Below, in pieces: positions 6,381-9,260 of a stretch of 9,260 nt of DNA. Under the pieces are notes generated by a model, which ran no database searches, was not told where the DNA came from, and saw only the letters and a list, made by a program, of their open reading frames with translations. This DNA is from an uncultured archaeon (lineage in GTDB: Archaea > Asgardarchaeota > Thorarchaeia > Thorarchaeales > Thorarchaeaceae). Every line of letters begins with the position of its first letter. Position 1 is the stretch's first letter. Location of the stretch: positions 1 through 9,260 of the forward strand of contig CAYHAA010000014.1 of the NCBI GenBank assembly GCA_964354495.1, read 5' to 3'. The position numbers and the translations under genes are program-made.

Positions 6381-7679
6381 TCACTCCTTGAGTTTGGGAG
6401 TCAGTACTTCATTGAGCCCTTCTCCCGCCAATGTGAAGCCCAATGCCAGAATGACTATCATCAGTCCCGGAAACGTGATACTCCACCACTTTCCAGTAAC
6501 GTACTCATGTGATCCAAAGGTCAGGTCCCACCCCCAGTCTGGCACGTCCACTGGCAGACCAAGGCCGACAAAAGTCAGACCTGCCGCGGTGAGCACCGCA
6601 TCTGCGAAGTTGATTGACATAACAACAACTGCTGATGGGAGGATATTAGGCAGGATGTAACGGAATATGATGTCTCGATTTCTTGCCCCCATGACAATTG
6701 CTGCCTCAATGTAGGGAAGCTCCTTCACTGTTAGAACTTGACTTCGGACCACCCTGAAGTACGATGGTATGTAGACTACAGCAATTGCCAAAGCCATATT
6801 CGTGACACCTGGTCCCAATATAGCTGCAATTGCTATTGCTAGAACCAGCCCGGGGAACGCAAAGAGACTGTCCATCACTAGTGACGTGGCTCTATCAGCA
6901 ATTCCTCCGCGATACGATGCGGCCAGACCAAGTGGAACGCCTACGGAGAAACATACGGCAACTGAGATTATTGCCACCTGCAGCATTATTCCGCCCCCCG
7001 CAATTACTCTGCTCAAAAGGTCTTGCCCAAGTGCAGTTGTGCCCAACGGAAATTGCGCTGATGGTGCAGCTCCATATGGACCTACGTCTAGTCTTCCTGG
7101 ATCATAGGGAACAATCCACCAAGATACCAAAGTCATGTATACAACTGCGAATACTATCAGCAGTCCACACATAGCAACAAATCCTGGGGACCCTCTCTTG
7201 CTGAGTATTGGATATCCCTCGTAGAGTAACAGAATAATGAGAGAGAATACTATGCCGCCTAGCGCTAGGGACATCGAAAGATTAGTGCCCCTCAGAGGTT
7301 CAGGAAGACTTGCTCTCAGGACGGGGTCTGCAATCGTGATGGATCCTACCTGTACCATTACTGCAGCGAGGATCGCAAACACAATCACAAGGAAGACGTT
7401 ACTCCTACGGACCGTCATGTTTAGTACCTGTATCATCTCTCTACGCGCCGCACAGGCAATCAAGACTATGGCCCCAAAGAGAAACGTAGCGCCGAGTACT
7501 TGCAGGCCTAGCCCAGTCCGTGAGACTGCGGCGAGCGATACGAGTCCTGCAAGAAGTATCTCTGTTGCTGCTAGAATGAGGACAAATGAAACCCACCACT
7601 TCGTGGATCGTTCTTGGAATGTTTCCTTGGGTGGTTTCAGTCGAAGGAAAATACCGCTGACGATTTTTGTCTGAGTCAC
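6381..7679 (-). CDS. oppC: Oligopeptide/dipeptide ABC transporter permease (OppC/DppC) with a long hydrophobic N-terminal extension, 432 aa, GTG start
   Basis: PYDP...APSAQFPLGTTALGQDLLSRV (OppC N-terminal loop), DSLFAFPGLVLAIA, EAA loop YIEAAIVMGARNRDIIFRYILPN, FVGLG...DWG and WWSITFPG. AGGTGA SD lies 7 nt upstream. Confidence 0.9.
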   Translation of the reverse strand: MTQTKIVSGIFLRLKPPKETFQERSTKWWVSFVLILAATEILLAGLVSLAAVSRTGLGLQVLGATFLFGAIVLIACAARREMIQVLNMTVRRSNVFLVIVFAILAAVMVQVGSITIADPVLRASLPEPLRGTNLSMSLALGGIVFSLIILLLYEGYPILSKRGSPGFVAMCGLLIVFAVVYMTLVSWWIVPYDPGRLDVGPYGAAPSAQFPLGTTALGQDLLSRVIAGGGIMLQVAIISVAVCFSVGVPLGLAASYRGGIADRATSLVMDSLFAFPGLVLAIAIAAILGPGVTNMALAIAVVYIPSYFRVVRSQVLTVKELPYIEAAIVMGARNRDIIFRYILPNILPSAVVVMSINFADAVLTAAGLTFVGLGLPVDVPDWGWDLTFGSHEYVTGKWWSITFPGLMIVILALGFTLAGEGLNEVLTPKLKE

Positions 7680-7683
7680 TTGT

Positions 7684-7692
7684 CTATCACCT
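7684..7692 (-). promoter_or_regulatory. SD AGGTGA for oppC, fused to the oppB TAG stop
   Basis: Minus strand reads TAGGTGATAGACAAGTG. It is complementary to the conserved AUCACCU at the 16S rRNA 3' end. Confidence 0.75.
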
Positions 7693-8701
7693 ACAGCCTA
7701 ATCCGTGGATCCAGGTACGCGTATATGATGTCTACAAACAGCGTAACCAGGCTCACAAGAATACCGAAGAATACAACGACTCCCTGAATCGCGGTATAGT
7801 CTCTATGATTTATTCGTTGAACGAGGTAAGTACCAAGTCCCGGCCAGCTGAATGTTGTTTCCGTGAGGATAGCCCCAGCGAGCAATGCAGCGAACTGCAG
7901 CCCGATCATCGTAAGAATCGGCAAGAACGCATTCTTCAGCGCATAACCATACGTAATCTTCGCATTCGTTAGTCCGCGTGCTTCTGCAGCCACAACGAAA
8001 TCCATCCTTAGGGTCTCAAGCATATTTGTCCTTGTGAGCCTGATGAAGATACCGCACAGGATTAGCCCCAATGTAATAGATGGCAGAAGCAAATATCTAA
8101 TTGCAATGACGAACGCCTGAATGTTTCCTGTTAAGAGACTGTCAATAGTATATAATCCCGTAATAGTGGTTGGTGCATCATATCGAGGATCGAAACGAGT
8201 TCCCGTTGGAAGCACGCCTAGCCAGATTGAGAAGATGAACTGAAGGATCATTCCAAGGAAGAACACAGGAATTGCATAGGTGACTATTCCGAAGAATCTG
8301 ATACCATGGTCTTGTACAGTGTCATATTTTTTCGCGGAACGAACTCCAAGAGCGACTCCAAAGAGAACGGCAAAGAGCATGGCGTAAATGGTCAGCTCAA
8401 GAGTTGCTGGAAATCTGATTGCAATGTGACTCCAGATGGGCGAGTAGTCTTGCATAGAGAGGCCAAAGTTGCCAAACGGGATACCCGCGAGGTAATTAAT
8501 GTACTGTGTCACCGGGTCCACATCCAGACCGAGACGATGCCTAAACGCCTCGAGGACCGCAGGGTCGACAGCTTTCTCAAAGTGAAGTAAGGCAGGGTCT
8601 CCCGGCAGTATTCTCACAATCAAGAACACAAAAGTGAACAGAAGAATAATCATTGGGATGGTGAGAATAGTTCTACTGATCACATATGTCTTTAGAGTCA
8701 A
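7691..8701 (-). CDS. oppB: Oligopeptide/dipeptide ABC transporter permease (OppB/DppB), about 336 aa; likely TTG start at 8701 (alternative GTG at 8710)
   Basis: YVISRTILTIPMIILLFTFVFLIVRILPGDPA, GLD...QYINYL...GNFGLS, RFPATLEL, EAA-equivalent loop FVVAAEARGL, GAILTETTFSWPGLG and RDYTAIQG. The GTG at 8710 is itself part of an AGGTGA SD lying 5 nt before the in-frame TTG, which favours TTG. Confidence 0.92.
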   Translation of the reverse strand: MTLKTYVISRTILTIPMIILLFTFVFLIVRILPGDPALLHFEKAVDPAVLEAFRHRLGLDVDPVTQYINYLAGIPFGNFGLSMQDYSPIWSHIAIRFPATLELTIYAMLFAVLFGVALGVRSAKKYDTVQDHGIRFFGIVTYAIPVFFLGMILQFIFSIWLGVLPTGTRFDPRYDAPTTITGLYTIDSLLTGNIQAFVIAIRYLLLPSITLGLILCGIFIRLTRTNMLETLRMDFVVAAEARGLTNAKITYGYALKNAFLPILTMIGLQFAALLAGAILTETTFSWPGLGTYLVQRINHRDYTAIQGVVVFFGILVSLVTLFVDIIYAYLDPRIRL

Positions 8702-8744
8702 TTCTATCACCTATGCTTTCATACTGACCCGTGTGACTCTTTTC

Positions 8745-8766
8745 TTACTATAACTTAAGCTCTTCG
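8745..8766 (-). promoter_or_regulatory. Candidate archaeal BRE/TATA promoter for oppBCDF
   Basis: Minus strand reads CGAAGAGCTTAAGTTATAGTAA: a purine-rich stretch followed by an AT-rich box, placed after the oppA terminator and centred about 28 nt upstream of position 8722. Confidence 0.4.
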
Positions 8767-8822
8767 ACTGACGTAAGTAGTTAGAGTCTGAAGAAGAGGC
8801 TTCACGCCACGAAGAATTACAT

Positions 8823-8859
8823 AAAAAAAAAGGGAATGGAGCAGGCTTTCCGCCTGCTC
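8823..8859 (-). terminator. Hairpin plus oligo-T terminator (or mRNA-stabilising stem-loop) after oppA
   Basis: Minus strand reads GAGCAGGC-GGAAA-GCCTGCTC-CATTCCC-TTTTTTTTT: a perfect 8-bp GC-rich stem (8839-8846/8852-8859) and a T9 tract (8823-8831), starting 23 nt after the oppA stop. Confidence 0.8.
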
Positions 8860-8882
8860 TCTAATAGGACTATTCGCAACCA

Positions 8883-9260
8883 CTAAGGTGCTTCAAGATA
8901 CACTAACCAGTGACGCCAGTTGACAGTGATGTCCAGTACAACGCCCTTGACAGCGAGACTAGTAACAGCAACTGTGCTGCTCTGCCAGAGTGGAACTACT
9001 GAGCACTCATCAGCCTGCAGATTCTGAAGCGCAATGTATGCTACGCCTCGTGCAGTAGCGTTTGGCGCACTTCTACCTTCGTTCCATAGAGCGCATTGAG
9101 CAACACCGCCCGCTGGGTAGGTGTCATTGTAACCCATGTTCAGCCAGGAGGCAAATGGTAGGAATCCATAGTTGTCCGGGTCAATGAAGTCAGGATACCA
9201 TCCGTAGATGAAGACATCCATTGTTCCAGCATTCCTAGCAAGTCGGTAGCTCGGCCAGTC
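8883..9260 (-). CDS. oppA: ABC transporter substrate-binding protein, family 5 (OppA/DppA), C-terminal part only
   Basis: The frame is open to the window edge (DWPSYRLARNAGTMDVFIYGWYPDFIDPDNY...), so the track's Met at 9221 is internal. The GWxPDxxDPDNY motif and the 'R...Y..LQ.L.ADE..VVPLW' C-terminal helix/strand pattern are typical of SBP family 5. It lies directly upstream of oppB. Stop TAG at 8885-8883. Confidence 0.85.
   Translation of the reverse strand, partial: DWPSYRLARNAGTMDVFIYGWYPDFIDPDNYGFLPFASWLNMGYNDTYPAGGVAQCALWNEGRSAPNATARGVAYIALQNLQADECSVVPLWQSSTVAVTSLAVKGVVLDITVNWRHWLVYLEAP

Noticed and set aside
4337-8590. Plus-strand and alternate-frame ORFs across oppBCDF (e.g. 5121-5615, 5859-6287, 6199-6660, 7237-7674)
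   Set aside because: They are typical antisense shadows of ABC transporter genes, fully overlapped by well-supported CDSs.
8711-8713. In-frame TAG before oppB as a pyrrolysine/read-through site
   Set aside because: There are only three codons upstream, no pyl genes in the window, and TAG is used as an ordinary stop by oppA, oppB and DUF4139 paralogue 1.
8760-8815. Multiple GAAG/CTTC short inverted repeats that could form alternative hairpins (riboswitch/attenuator idea)
   Set aside because: The stems are only 4-6 bp and lie upstream of the candidate TATA box, after a terminator. No recognisable riboswitch motif is present.
1-9260. CRISPR array, tRNA/rRNA, IS element or integrase
   Set aside because: The window is almost fully coding. 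I saw no regularly spaced repeats, cloverleaf, terminal inverted repeats or transposase/recombinase motifs.

Overview
Prokaryotic, probably archaeal, housekeeping-type window. The archaeal reading is an inference from GGTGA-type Shine-Dalgarno sites, TATA-like boxes and an oligo-T tract. It holds eight genes, two of them cut by the window edges, and I found no RNA genes, mobile elements or CRISPR array. On the minus strand, from right to left, are the 3' end of a family-5 peptide-binding protein (oppA/dppA), a hairpin plus T9 terminator with a TATA-like element, and a tightly coupled oppB-oppC-oppD-oppF peptide/nickel-family ABC transporter. After a 121-nt gap come two tandem, almost equal-length (524/525 aa) DUF4140-coiled-coil-DUF4139 (MuiA-like) paralogues. 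These converge on a 5'-truncated M20 metallopeptidase on the plus strand. The most notable points: (1) the signal-peptide-less, colinear DUF4139 pair ending in an identical PPLP tail; (2) an OppC permease with about 155 extra N-terminal residues forming about 4 additional transmembrane helices; (3) five of six visible starts are GTG/TTG, several with the upstream stop codon fused to the SD; (4) tiny ATG uORFs sit directly against the two gap-following non-ATG starts. Family assignments come from motif recognition only; no database search was run.
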